Shown here piece by piece: positions 18,034 through 27,387 of a DNA stretch of 64,000 nt. The stretch covers positions 25,391 to 89,390 of the forward strand of contig JAFQQR010000043.1 of the NCBI GenBank assembly GCA_017410505.1, in the 5' to 3' direction. The number at the start of each line of letters is the position of its first letter. The first letter of the stretch is position 1. Position numbers and translations under genes: made by a program. Origin of the DNA: Clostridia bacterium. GTDB taxonomy: Bacteria; Bacillota; Clostridia; TANB77; CAG-508. The notes beneath the pieces are model-generated. The model had not been told where the DNA came from and ran no database searches. It saw only the letters and a list, made by a program, of their open reading frames with translations.

Positions 18034-19833
18034 ATGGATAATAAAGAAAAAGGCAAAAATAATAAGAAAAATAAAAGTTTCATAATGTCAATAGCAGTTT
18101 TAGTTATAATAATAGTTGTATTAGCAGGTATTGCAATTTATTATATATCTAAAAATCAAAATAAAGATGATAAAACACTTGCATATACAGACTTAATAAA
18201 AGAAATGTCTTATGGAAATATAGAAAAAATAGAAATGTCTGTAGGAAGTACATCAGTAAAAGTAAAAATGAAAGATGTTGAAGAAGAAAAAAAATCAATT
18301 GTGCCAAATACAGAAGCTTTTATTGAATTAGTACAACAAAAAGTATCAGAAGGAAATGATATAGAATTAATACAAAAACCAAAAGGTGCATTAACACAAA
18401 TATCAACAACACTTTTTAGTTTATTACCTACAATTATAATGCTTGCATTATTTGTAATGATATTTAAAATGCAAGGGTTAGGAGAAAAAGGACAAGTATA
18501 TGAAGATACTGAAAGAAAAACAAAAATCAGATTTAAAGATGTTGCAGGCTTAGATGAAGAAAAAGAAGAATTAATAGAAATAGTAGATTTCTTAAAAAGA
18601 CCAGAAAAATTCACAAAAATGGGAGCAAAAATTCCAAAAGGTGTTTTATTATATGGAAAACCTGGAACAGGAAAAACTTTAATTGCAAAAGCAATAGCAG
18701 GAGAAGCAGATGTTCCATTTATATCAATGAGTGGTTCAGAATTTATAGAAATGTTTGCAGGACTTGGAGCATCAAGAGTAAGAAAATTATTTGATAAAGC
18801 TAGAAAATTGGCACCTTGTATAGTATTTATTGACGAGATTGATGCAATTGGTGCAAGAAGAGCATCAAACAGTGGTGCAGAGACAGAAAATAATCAAACA
18901 TTAAATCAGTTATTAGTTGAAATGGATGGATTTAGTTCAGAAGAAACTATAATAGTATTAGCAGCAACAAATAGACCAGAAATGTTAGATAAAGCATTAT
19001 TAAGACCAGGTAGATTTGATAGACAAATAACAATACCAACACCTGATTTAAAAGGAAGATTAGATATTTTAAAAATACACAGCAAAGATAAAAGATTATC
19101 AGAAGATGTTAATCTAGAAAGTATTGCAGAAGACACAGCAGGATTTACAGGTGCAGAACTTGCAAATATTTTAAATGAAGCTGCTATTATTGCAACAATA
19201 AATAAACATGATGATATAGAAAATTCAGATATAGAAGAAGCAGTTAAAAAAGTTACAGTAGGACTTGAAAAACACAGTAGAGTATATTCAGAAAAAGACA
19301 AAAAGTTAACTGCATATCACGAAGCAGGACATGCTGTAGTTAGTAAATATCTACCGACACAAACAGATGTAAAAGAAGTATCAATCATTCCAAGAGGTGT
19401 TGCAGGTGGATATACAATGTATAAATCTGATGAGGATAAGTATTATATCTCAAAAACTGAAATGAAAGAAAAACTAATAGCTTTATTAGGTGGTAGAGCC
19501 GCTGAAAAATTAGTATTAGATGATATTTCAACAGGAGCAAGTAATGACATTGAAGTTGCTACAAAAATTGCAAGAGAAATGGTTACTAAATATGGTATGA
19601 GTGATGCCTTAGGTCCTATTGATTTCCAAGGTAAAGAACAAAATGATATGTTTGTTTTTGGAGAAAATATTGGTGATAAAATAGGTACAGAAGTTAAAAT
19701 TTTAATTGATGAAGCTTATAATGATGCTCAAAAATTATTAATTGAACATAGAGATAAGTTAGATATTATTGCACAAATTTTACTCGAAAGAGAAAAAATT
19801 AATGAGCAAGAATTTAAGAGAATATTTGAATAA
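18034..19833 (+). CDS. ftsH: ATP-dependent zinc metalloprotease FtsH
   Basis: N-terminal TM, Walker A GKPGTGKT, Walker B IVFIDEID, SRH region, and HEAGH zinc site. Confidence 0.95.
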   Translation: MDNKEKGKNNKKNKSFIMSIAVLVIIIVVLAGIAIYYISKNQNKDDKTLAYTDLIKEMSYGNIEKIEMSVGSTSVKVKMKDVEEEKKSIVPNTEAFIELVQQKVSEGNDIELIQKPKGALTQISTTLFSLLPTIIMLALFVMIFKMQGLGEKGQVYEDTERKTKIRFKDVAGLDEEKEELIEIVDFLKRPEKFTKMGAKIPKGVLLYGKPGTGKTLIAKAIAGEADVPFISMSGSEFIEMFAGLGASRVRKLFDKARKLAPCIVFIDEIDAIGARRASNSGAETENNQTLNQLLVEMDGFSSEETIIVLAATNRPEMLDKALLRPGRFDRQITIPTPDLKGRLDILKIHSKDKRLSEDVNLESIAEDTAGFTGAELANILNEAAIIATINKHDDIENSDIEEAVKKVTVGLEKHSRVYSEKDKKLTAYHEAGHAVVSKYLPTQTDVKEVSIIPRGVAGGYTMYKSDEDKYYISKTEMKEKLIALLGGRAAEKLVLDDISTGASNDIEVATKIAREMVTKYGMSDALGPIDFQGKEQNDMFVFGENIGDKIGTEVKILIDEAYNDAQKLLIEHRDKLDIIAQILLEREKINEQEFKRIFE

Positions 19834-19837
19834 AAAA

Positions 19838-19862
19838 AACGGTAGCATAGCTACCGTTTTTT
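19838..19862. terminator. intrinsic terminator (bidirectional)
   Basis: aaaaaacggtagc-ata-gctaccgtttttt. Confidence 0.7.
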
Positions 19863-20093
19863 AGAAAGTTTTCTTGGTGCTGTCAAAGAAGACAGTTTTA
19901 TTAAAAGTTCTGTAAATGCTTCGTTAGAAAACACCTTTACTGTATTAGAATTTACTATAGTTCCACCTACTTCTGATATCCATTTAAAAATTTCGTGCCT
20001 ATTTTCTGAGAAAATATCAGTGCAATCTTTTAAGGTTAATTCCTTTTCATTATTGCCTAAAATTACAGTAAATTCAAATGAACATGTTGTCAT
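19851..20093 (-). CDS. hypothetical 80-aa protein
   Basis: AAAGGAG SD upstream. The 3' end overlaps the ftsH terminator, and the last codon is CGG. Confidence 0.4.
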   Translation of the reverse strand: MTTCSFEFTVILGNNEKELTLKDCTDIFSENRHEIFKWISEVGGTIVNSNTVKVFSNEAFTELLIKLSSLTAPRKLSKKR

Positions 20094-20201
20094 AAAAGAA
20101 CTCCTTTCTAATGTAAAAAAAATTGGTTACATAAATATCATAACACAAATTGGTAAAAAAAGTCAATTCTTTTTATGGCAATTGTTTAAAACTATCGTTA
20201 T

Positions 20202-20267
20202 AGTTCAGCACAAATACAGATACATATATATTAAAATTTCGTTCTTTACTGGTCGGACTAATCATAT
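20202..20267. repeat. 66-bp dispersed repeat, family B copy 1
   Basis: agttcagcacaaatacagatacatatatattaaaattNcgttcNttactggtcNgactaatcatat. Has 3 mismatches to 47812-47877. Confidence 0.75.
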
Positions 20268-20270
20268 AAA

Positions 20271-21687
20271 TTATCTAAGTAATAATTTGTAAATGGCTTG
20301 ACAATAAATGTTGCAAGCAAGCATTAAGTTGTCTATTGATATGTACTCGTCTGTTTGATGACACATATCTTTTTGACCTGGTAAATTAGCTCCAAAAGAA
20401 ATACAATTATTAAAAGCTCTAGCATAAGTTGCACCTCCTATGGCAATTGGTTCAACATTTGAATTAGTATATTGGTTATAAATTTCGCAAAGAGTTTTTA
20501 CTAAATAGGAGTCTTTGGAAACATATAAAGGTTCTTTTATGCCAGTAAATTCACAATGAACATTTTCAAATTTTTGGCAAATTGAAGAAAATTTATTTTC
20601 TACTAATTCAAACTCTGTATTAATAGGAACTCTTAAATTGAAACCAATTTTTAAATCATTATTTTCAAAATAGAAGTTTCCTACATTTAATGTTAATTGA
20701 CCAGATTCATCAGGAATATTGATATTTAGTTTCTGACCATTAAAATTTATACCGATGTATTTTGTGAATAAATCAAATATAGGAATTACTATATTATAAT
20801 ATTTAAATAGTTTATCTAAAATTATGATTAACCTAGAAATAGCATTTATACCTTGATCTGGATGAGCTGCATGTGATTGTATGCCATGAGATATTATTTT
20901 TAATTCATTGTTATTTATTATTTCAGTAACAATATTGAAATTAGATGCTAATGTAATATTTTTAATTATTTTATTTACGTCATTAATATCAATATCTTTT
21001 TTTGTTTTTATAGTACAGCTACAATATTTTGGAACAACATTTAAAGGATTATTATTGCAATCTATGTTAGTTAATGTGATATCTTTATCTTTATAATTTG
21101 AATAATTCATTATTATGGAAGGGGAGATAAGTCCTTTTTCGGCATAAATGCAAGGAAAATCAGCATCTGGACTGAATCCAATTGATGGAATTTCTTCATG
21201 ATTTTTATAATAGTCAATGCATTTCCAATCTCTTTCTTCATTCAAGCCTAAAATTAATCTAACTCTCTTATTTAATTTAATAGAATTTGTATCGCAATAA
21301 TCCATAACAGCTTTCATTGCATATAGACTTGCTATAACAGGACCTTTGTCATCTATACTACCACGACCATAAATTTTATTATCTACAATTTTTGCTTCAA
21401 ATGGAGGATAAGTCCAATTTTCACCTTCAGGAACAACATCTAAATGTCCGATGATTCCAATTAATTCACTACCAGATCCAAATTCTATGTATCCGACAAT
21501 AGCCATCAATATTTTTTGTTCTAAATCCCAATTTATTGCCTAAGTCTAATATATAATTCAGAGCTTTAACAGTGTTTTTCCCAAAAGGTTCTTTTGGATT
21601 TTCAGATTCTTCATACACACTTGGTATTCTTATTAAATTTTGCAAATTATTGATAATCTCATCTTTGTTAATATAATTTTTAAACAT
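20271..21687 (-). pseudogene. pepV: M20-family dipeptidase (PepV-like), interrupted by one +1 frame change at in-frame CGG (21495-21493)
   Basis: The N-terminal ORF ends ..[14 protein letters not shown]. Skipping the C gives ..[41 protein letters not shown], the contiguous PepV pattern. Confidence 0.8.
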
Positions 21688-21958
21688 TTTATCACAACCT
21701 TATCTTAAATAAATACAAATATAATTATATCATAATAATATTAAAAAAATAAACAATAATACATTTAAGTTTTGGTTTTTTGTAAAAGTTGCATTACGTC
21801 TCAGCATAAATACATATATATTGAAATTTGTTACAAAATTAAATTATTATTACAATTTTTTAGAAAGTATTGGAAATTTTATAAACTAATGTTATAATAT
21901 AAGATAGAATACGAGTAACACAATTTATATCTGTTGTAATAGATAGGGGGAGTGTGGC

Positions 21959-22132
21959 ATGAAAGAACGGTATAGTATAGAAAAGCAAGTTGTTGCAATT
22001 GAAGTAGCAGCATATATGTATGAAAATGATGTTACAATGGAAAAAGCTTATGAAGATAAGATGGTTTCAAAAGAATTGCAAATAACAAAAGAAGAGATGA
22101 AAGAAATACTATCAGATTATTTATTATCATAG
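21959..22132 (+). CDS. 57-aa acidic hypothetical protein (not in the ORF track)
   Basis: GGGGGAG SD upstream and a hairpin terminator at 22143-22172. Contains an in-frame CGG at codon 4. Confidence 0.35.
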   Translation: MKERYSIEKQVVAIEVAAYMYENDVTMEKAYEDKMVSKELQITKEEMKEILSDYLLS

Positions 22133-22211
22133 CTGCCAAACAAAAGCTGGGAGTAAATTATCCCAGCTTTTAAAATAATAAAATTATTATAAATGTTAGG
22201 AGATAAGTTTT

Positions 22212-23039
22212 ATGAAAGATAATAAAATAGAAAACATTAATGAATTAAAGCAAATTGCAAAAAAAGTAAGAAAAGGTATTATAGATGCAGTATATAGCGG
22301 TAAATCTGGTCATCCAGGAGGCTCACTTTCAATAGCAGATATAATTACAGTACTATATTTTAATGAAATGAATATAAATCCAGAAGAGCCAAAAGATGAA
22401 AATAGAGACAGACTAGTATTATCAAAAGGACACTGTGCACCAGCACTATATTCAACTCTAGCAAATAGAGGATTTTTTGATGTAGAAGAATTAAAAAATT
22501 TAAGAAATATAGAAAGCAGATTACAAGGTCATCCAGATATGAAAAAAATACCTGGAGTAGATATGACAACAGGTTCACTAGGACAAGGATTATCAACTGC
22601 AAATGGAATGGCAATAGCTGGAAAATTAGATAATAAAAATTATAGAGTATATTGTATTTTGGGAGATGGAGAAATAGAAGAAGGTCAAATATGGGAAGCA
22701 GCAATGGCATCTAATAAATATAAATTAGATAATCTATGTGTAATAGTAGACAATAATAACTTACAAATAGATGGAACAATTGAAGAAGTAATGAGTTCAT
22801 ATCCAATAGATGAAAAATTCAAAAGTTTTGGATTCCAAATTATTAATATAGATGGACATGATATAGAAGAAATAATAAAAGCATTTGAAGTAGCAAAAAA
22901 TATTAAAGGAAAACCTACTTGCATAATAGCAAAAACTATAAAAGGAAAAGGAATTTCTTTTATGGAAAATAAAACAGAATGGCATGGGAAAGCGCCAAAT
23001 GAAGAACAATACAAAGAAGCGATAGAAGAGTTAAAATAA
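22212..23039 (+). CDS. transketolase, N-terminal (TPP/pyrophosphate-binding) subunit
   Basis: SGHPGGSLS and GDGE.EEGQ.WEA motifs. The 275-aa split-type subunit. No C-terminal subunit gene follows. Confidence 0.9.
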   Translation: MKDNKIENINELKQIAKKVRKGIIDAVYSGKSGHPGGSLSIADIITVLYFNEMNINPEEPKDENRDRLVLSKGHCAPALYSTLANRGFFDVEELKNLRNIESRLQGHPDMKKIPGVDMTTGSLGQGLSTANGMAIAGKLDNKNYRVYCILGDGEIEEGQIWEAAMASNKYKLDNLCVIVDNNNLQIDGTIEEVMSSYPIDEKFKSFGFQIINIDGHDIEEIIKAFEVAKNIKGKPTCIIAKTIKGKGISFMENKTEWHGKAPNEEQYKEAIEELK

Positions 23040-23113
23040 GAATTTAACAGATAATTTATAGTGATATAGATACGTAATGAAAATTATTATGTAAATAAAA
23101 ATAGCAAAAAGTA

Positions 23114-23142
23114 TTGACAAATGTTAACAAAAATGGTATTAT
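23114..23142 (+). promoter_or_regulatory. strong sigma-A-like promoter with no downstream ORF
   Basis: TTGACA, 17 nt, TG-extended TATTAT. Confidence 0.5.
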
Positions 23143-23148
23143 GTATAC

Positions 23149-23412
23149 ATAATCGATAATATGATTGCAAAGGTCTCTCCACAAAAAATGACAGGAGGAA
23201 AAGCTATGCGTATAAGGGATAAACCTATCTAAAAATAAAAAATATAAAAGTAAAACTCTTCGAAAACAGTAATGAAAAATTAAAAATTTAAAACCCTAAA
23301 TAGCGAACTAGTCAACCATAGCGAATTGAATTATTATCGATTCCGATTATCCAAACTAATTTAAATGAGAGACCATTTGTAAAAGAGTAGCTAAATTTTG
23401 GCTACTCTTTTT
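23149..23412 (+). ncRNA. candidate ~260-nt small RNA (class unknown; 6S-like architecture possible)
   Basis: Bounded by a consensus promoter and an intrinsic terminator (agagtagc / gctactct plus T-run). Long-range pairing caaaggtctctc / gagagaccatttg. The only ORF is 8 codons long. Confidence 0.35.
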
Positions 23413-23433
23413 TAAAATTTTTCCCCAAAACAG

Positions 23434-23462
23434 TTGACAATAAGGCAAAAAGATGATAAAAT
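23434..23462 (+). promoter_or_regulatory. promoter of the rplU-rpmA operon
   Basis: TTGACA, 17 nt, TG-extended TAAAAT. Confidence 0.5.
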
Positions 23463-23469
23463 CATTAAC

Positions 23470-23552
23470 TGTAATCCGCTTAGTCAAGGTGCATAAAAAC
23501 TAATTAAATTTAGTTACCTTTTATTAAGGATTAGCGAGTATACAAATAAGGG
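23470..23552 (+). promoter_or_regulatory. structured 5' leader upstream of rplU (L21-leader-like)
   Basis: Nested helices taatcc/ggatta, aaggt/acctt and aactaa/ttagtt lie directly upstream of the rplU SD, the position of the Firmicutes L21 leader. Confidence 0.45.
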
Positions 23553-23565
23553 AGGTGCATTTTAA

Positions 23566-23910
23566 ATGTACGCAGTAATTGAAAGTTGTGGAAAACAATA
23601 CAAAGTAACAGAAGGAGATGTAGTATTTTTCGATAAACTAGATGTAGAAGAAGGAAAAAAAGTTAACTTCGACAAAGTAGTTTTAGTATCAGAAGAAGGA
23701 AAAGTACAAGTAGGAAATCCTTATGTTAAAGGTGTAAAAGTTGAAGGAAAAGTAGTTGCACACGGTAAAGGTAAAAAAATCATTGTTTTCAAAATGAAAG
23801 CTAAAAAGAACTACAGAAGAAAACAAGGACATAGACAACCATATACTAAAGTAGAAATAACTACTATAAAAACAACTGCAAAAAAAGCAGCTGAAAAAGT
23901 AGAAGCTTAA
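23566..23910 (+). CDS. rplU: 50S ribosomal protein L21
   Basis: MYAVIE.GGKQYKV.EGD pattern, with a Lys/Ala-rich C-terminal tail. Confidence 0.93.
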   Translation: MYAVIESCGKQYKVTEGDVVFFDKLDVEEGKKVNFDKVVLVSEEGKVQVGNPYVKGVKVEGKVVAHGKGKKIIVFKMKAKKNYRRKQGHRQPYTKVEITTIKTTAKKAAEKVEA

Positions 23911-24047
23911 GTAAGAAAGCTAATACATACAAATTAATTAAAAAAGATTTTAATTAAGAGAAAATAGATAAAAACAAAAACGATTTGTAAATTAAGAAGT
24001 TTGAAAATTCTTAATCTATGATGGACGAAATGAAAGGAGTGAGATGA

Positions 24048-24308
24048 ATGGCTCATAAAAAAGGTCAAGGTAGTTCACACAATGGTCGTGAGAGTGAATC
24101 AAAACGTCTTGGAGTCAAAAGAGCTGATGGACAATTTGTTTTAGCTGGTAACATATTAGTAAGACAAAGAGGAACAAAAGTATATCCAGGTGTTAATGTA
24201 AAAAAAGGTAGCGATGATACTTTATATGCAGTAGTAGATGGAATTGTAAAATTTGAAAGAAAAGGTAGAGACAAAAAACAAGTAAGTGTTTACCCAGTAG
24301 AAGCATAA
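24048..24308 (+). CDS. rpmA: 50S ribosomal protein L27 (no N-terminal propeptide)
   Basis: [24 protein letters not shown]. Starts directly at the mature-type AHKKG motif. Confidence 0.95.
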   Translation: MAHKKGQGSSHNGRESESKRLGVKRADGQFVLAGNILVRQRGTKVYPGVNVKKGSDDTLYAVVDGIVKFERKGRDKKQVSVYPVEA

Positions 24309-24330
24309 TTTAAAATAAGAAAATAAAAAA

Positions 24331-24371
24331 AGAAAATAGAAAAGATTTATCTTTTCTATTTTCTCTTTTTT
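24331..24371 (+). terminator. intrinsic terminator after rpmA
   Basis: Stem agaaaatagaaaag / cttttctattttct plus T-run. Confidence 0.6.
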
Positions 24372-24374
24372 ATT

Positions 24375-24640
24375 ATAATTCAGAACTAAATGTTTAGAGT
24401 TGCTGGAAGATGAGGAGGTACTATATAATAAATTTATGCAATGACGAATGTGACTGGAATAAGCTTAGATATTCTTAATTAATTTTATGGAAAGAGTTCA
24501 CGCAGCGTAGCGGAGTGGAAGGGTGCCATAAAATTAATTTAGAATTACTTAGCTTATGTATGGAGCCGAGGAATGAAATAAATTTATTATATAGTACCTC
24601 CTCATCTTCCAGCACCTCTAAACATTTAGTTCTGAATTAT
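24375..24640. repeat. 266-bp palindromic element, family A copy 2
   Basis: ~58-bp inverted arms with one mismatch enclose the same 148-bp core as 14334-14593, in the opposite orientation. Confidence 0.85.
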
Positions 24641-24763
24641 TACCGCTTTTTAAAAATATTTTAAAAAAAGCATTTACAATTTTTTAAAAATTGTATACAA
24701 TATAACAAGTAGAAAAAAATGTCAAAAACAAAAGAAAATAGTCAAAGAAAGGAAGTAATATCA

Positions 24764-26057
24764 ATGAAAATATTGATGTTAACATGGGAATATCCACCAA
24801 GAGTAGTTGGAGGAATATCAAGAGTAGTATACGATTTGTCAAAAACTCTAATAAAAGATGGACATCAAGTAACAGTGGTTACATATAAAGAAGGAGATGC
24901 GCCAGATTTTGAAGACGATAAAGGAGTTAAAATATATAGAGTAGGAAATTATATGATAAATCCAAATAATTTTATAGATTGGGTAATGCAATTAAACTTT
25001 AACTTAGTAGCTAAAGCAAATGAAATAATTGCAAAAGAAGGAAAATTTGATGTTATACATGCACACGATTGGTTAGTAGCATATGCAGCAAAAACCTTAA
25101 AAAACTCATATAATATTCCAATAGTAGCAACAATTCATGCTACAGAAGCAGGAAGAAATAGCGGTATACATGATGAAACACAAAGATATATAAATGACAC
25201 AGAATGGATGTTAACATATGAAGCTTCTGAGGTAATTGTAAATAGCAATTATATGAAAAACGAATTACAAAGACTATTTGGACTACCATATGAAAAAATT
25301 AATGTAATACCAAATGGTGTAAACATGAAATTATTTAATGGAATAGAAAGAGATTACAACTTTAGAAGAAAATACGCAATGGATAATGAAAAAATAATAT
25401 TATTTATGGGAAGATTAGTTTACGAAAAAGGAATACAACATTTAATATCAGCAATGCCCAAAATATTAAATGGATATAATGACACAAAACTTGTAATTTG
25501 CCGGAAAAGGCGGAATGATAGATGAATTAAGAGCACAAGTGAATGTTTTGGGTATATCAGAAAAAGTATGCTTTGCAGGATACATGAATGGAAAAGATGT
25601 ACAAAGAATGTACAAAGCTGCAGATATATCAGTATTTCCAAGTACATATGAACCATTTGGAATAGTAGCACTAGAAGCAATGCTTTCAGATAACCCAATA
25701 GTAGTATCTGATATAGGTGGATTAAACGAAATTGTTCAACATAGAGAAAATGGAATGAAAACATATTGTGGAAATTCAAATTCAATAGCAGATGCAATAT
25801 TAGAATTATTATATGATCATAAGTTATGTTTAGAAATAACTAAAAAAGCAAAAAATAAAGTAAGAAATGAATATAATTGGAACAAAATAACACAAGATAC
25901 GCATTTTGCATATCAAAAAGCAATTTGCCAATCAATGGCAGAAAAACAAAAAAGAGAGCTTGAACAAGAAAGAGCAAACAAAACTAAGAAAGCCAAAAAC
26001 ACGGAAAAAGAAATTACAAAGTTACTAGCATTCAAAAAACGTCAAGCATATGCTTAA
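24764..26057 (+). pseudogene. GT4-family glycosyltransferase, interrupted by one +1 frame change at in-frame CGG (25502-25504)
   Basis: ORF 1 reads MKILMLTWEYPPRVVGGISRVV.. and ends ..KLVIC-R-KRRNDR*. Skipping the C gives ..KLVICGKGGMIDELRAQV...PSTYEPFGIVALEAM, the contiguous GT4 E-x7-E region. Confidence 0.8.
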
Positions 26058-26080
26058 ATGTCCCATTAGGGACGTTTTTT
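26058..26080 (+). terminator. intrinsic terminator (GTCCC/GGGAC hairpin family)
   Basis: atgtccc-atta-gggacgtttttt. Confidence 0.6.
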
Positions 26081-26237
26081 ATATTATATACAAATAATAG
26101 CATTAATATTTTTGAAATTTTTTATAAGATTTTTCAAAAATTCTACAAATTTAGCATAAAAATAGTGTATAATATAAATAAAAAAGTTAAAAACAAAATT
26201 TGCCAAAAAGGGAATCCTTTAGGCAACTGGAGGAGTA

Positions 26238-27140
26238 ATGGAAAAATTTAAATCAGGATTTGTAACAATAATAGGAAGAACAAATGTAGGAAAATCTACT
26301 ATAATAAATTTATTAGTAGGAGAAAAAGTAGCAGCAATTGCTAATAAAGTACAAACAACTAGAACCGCAATAAAAGGAATAGTAAATAGAGAAAATTCTC
26401 AAATAATATTTACAGATACCCCAGGTATACACAAACCAAAGCATAAATTGAATGAAACAATGATAGAAACATCTTTTTTAAGTTTACCAGATTCAGATAT
26501 AGTTTTATTTATAATAGAAGCAACAAGTGATGATATAGGTAAAGGAGATAGAATTATATTAGACAAAATAAAAGAATCTAAAAGAAAAACGATTCTAATA
26601 ATTAATAAAATAGATTTGGTAAAAAGGGAAAAATTATTAAATTTGATAGATGTTTATAGCAAGGAATATGATTTTGAATCAGTTATTCCAATATCAGCAT
26701 ATCAAGAAAAATATAGAGATATAATTTTAGATGAAATAGAAAAGAACCTAAAACCAGGACCTGCATATTATGATATAGAGGAATATACAGATCAAACTAT
26801 TCGCCAATTAGCAGAAGAAACTATTAGAGAAAAAGCATTAAAACTATTACAAGATGAAGTACCACATGGAATTTATATAGAAGTTGAAAAAATGAATTTG
26901 AGAAAAAACAAACAAGGAGAAGAAATTTACGATATAGAAGCTATTATTTATTGTTTAAGAAATTCTCATAAAGGAATAATAATAGGAAAAAATGGTGAAA
27001 TGCTAAAAAGAATAGGAAGAGCTGCTAGAATAGATATGGAGCAAAATTTTGGATTAAAAATAAATTTAAAAACATGGGTAAAAGTAAAACCAGATTGGAT
27101 TGATAATGATTCAATTATTAATAAATTTAAATTAAAGTAA
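26238..27140 (+). CDS. era: GTPase Era
   Basis: G1 GRTNVGKST, G3 DTPG, G4 NKID, and a C-terminal KH domain (IIGKNGEMLKRIG). Confidence 0.93.
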   Translation: MEKFKSGFVTIIGRTNVGKSTIINLLVGEKVAAIANKVQTTRTAIKGIVNRENSQIIFTDTPGIHKPKHKLNETMIETSFLSLPDSDIVLFIIEATSDDIGKGDRIILDKIKESKRKTILIINKIDLVKREKLLNLIDVYSKEYDFESVIPISAYQEKYRDIILDEIEKNLKPGPAYYDIEEYTDQTIRQLAEETIREKALKLLQDEVPHGIYIEVEKMNLRKNKQGEEIYDIEAIIYCLRNSHKGIIIGKNGEMLKRIGRAARIDMEQNFGLKINLKTWVKVKPDWIDNDSIINKFKLK

Positions 27141-27214
27141 TCAAATAAGAATAAAAAATAAAAAAATGCAAAAGATAAATTAAAGGTAAAACTTTAAGAA
27201 TGGAGATGAGGCAA

Positions 27215-27376
27215 ATGATTAAAGAAATAGCATGGGATACATTTAAAAATACAGGAGATATAAATACTTTTTTAGAATACAAAAAAATAGAAGATTTAGA
27301 AAAAGGAATTAAAGAAATGAAAAAAATAACAAATATAAATATTGAAAATGTAGATAAAAATATAACACAATTATAA
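27215..27376 (+). CDS. yqzL: YqzL-like small protein (53 aa, not in the ORF track)
   Basis: MIKEIAWDTFKNTGDINTFLEYKKIE matches the W..F..TG.I..YL.YK pattern. It sits in the conserved era-yqzL-recO position seen in Firmicutes. Confidence 0.6.
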   Translation: MIKEIAWDTFKNTGDINTFLEYKKIEDLEKGIKEMKKITNINIENVDKNITQL

Positions 27377-27387
27377 AAGGTGGGGAA

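Noticed and set aside
21765-21779. Identical 15-mer ttaagttttggtttt also present at 29319-29333
   Set aside because: A rough estimate for this base composition and window size predicts tens of chance 15-mer matches. No extended similarity surrounds it.
23203-23229. 8-codon ORF (MRIRDKPI) with a strong SD as a leader peptide
   Set aside because: No regulated downstream gene lies within the same transcript, because a terminator and a new promoter intervene. It is kept only as a note within the sRNA candidate.
24719-26057. Treating 24719..25525 and 25515..26057 as two separate genes (likewise the two pepV fragments and two M14 fragments)
   Set aside because: The fragments are the N- and C-terminal halves of single conserved families, joined exactly by a 1-nt frame change.
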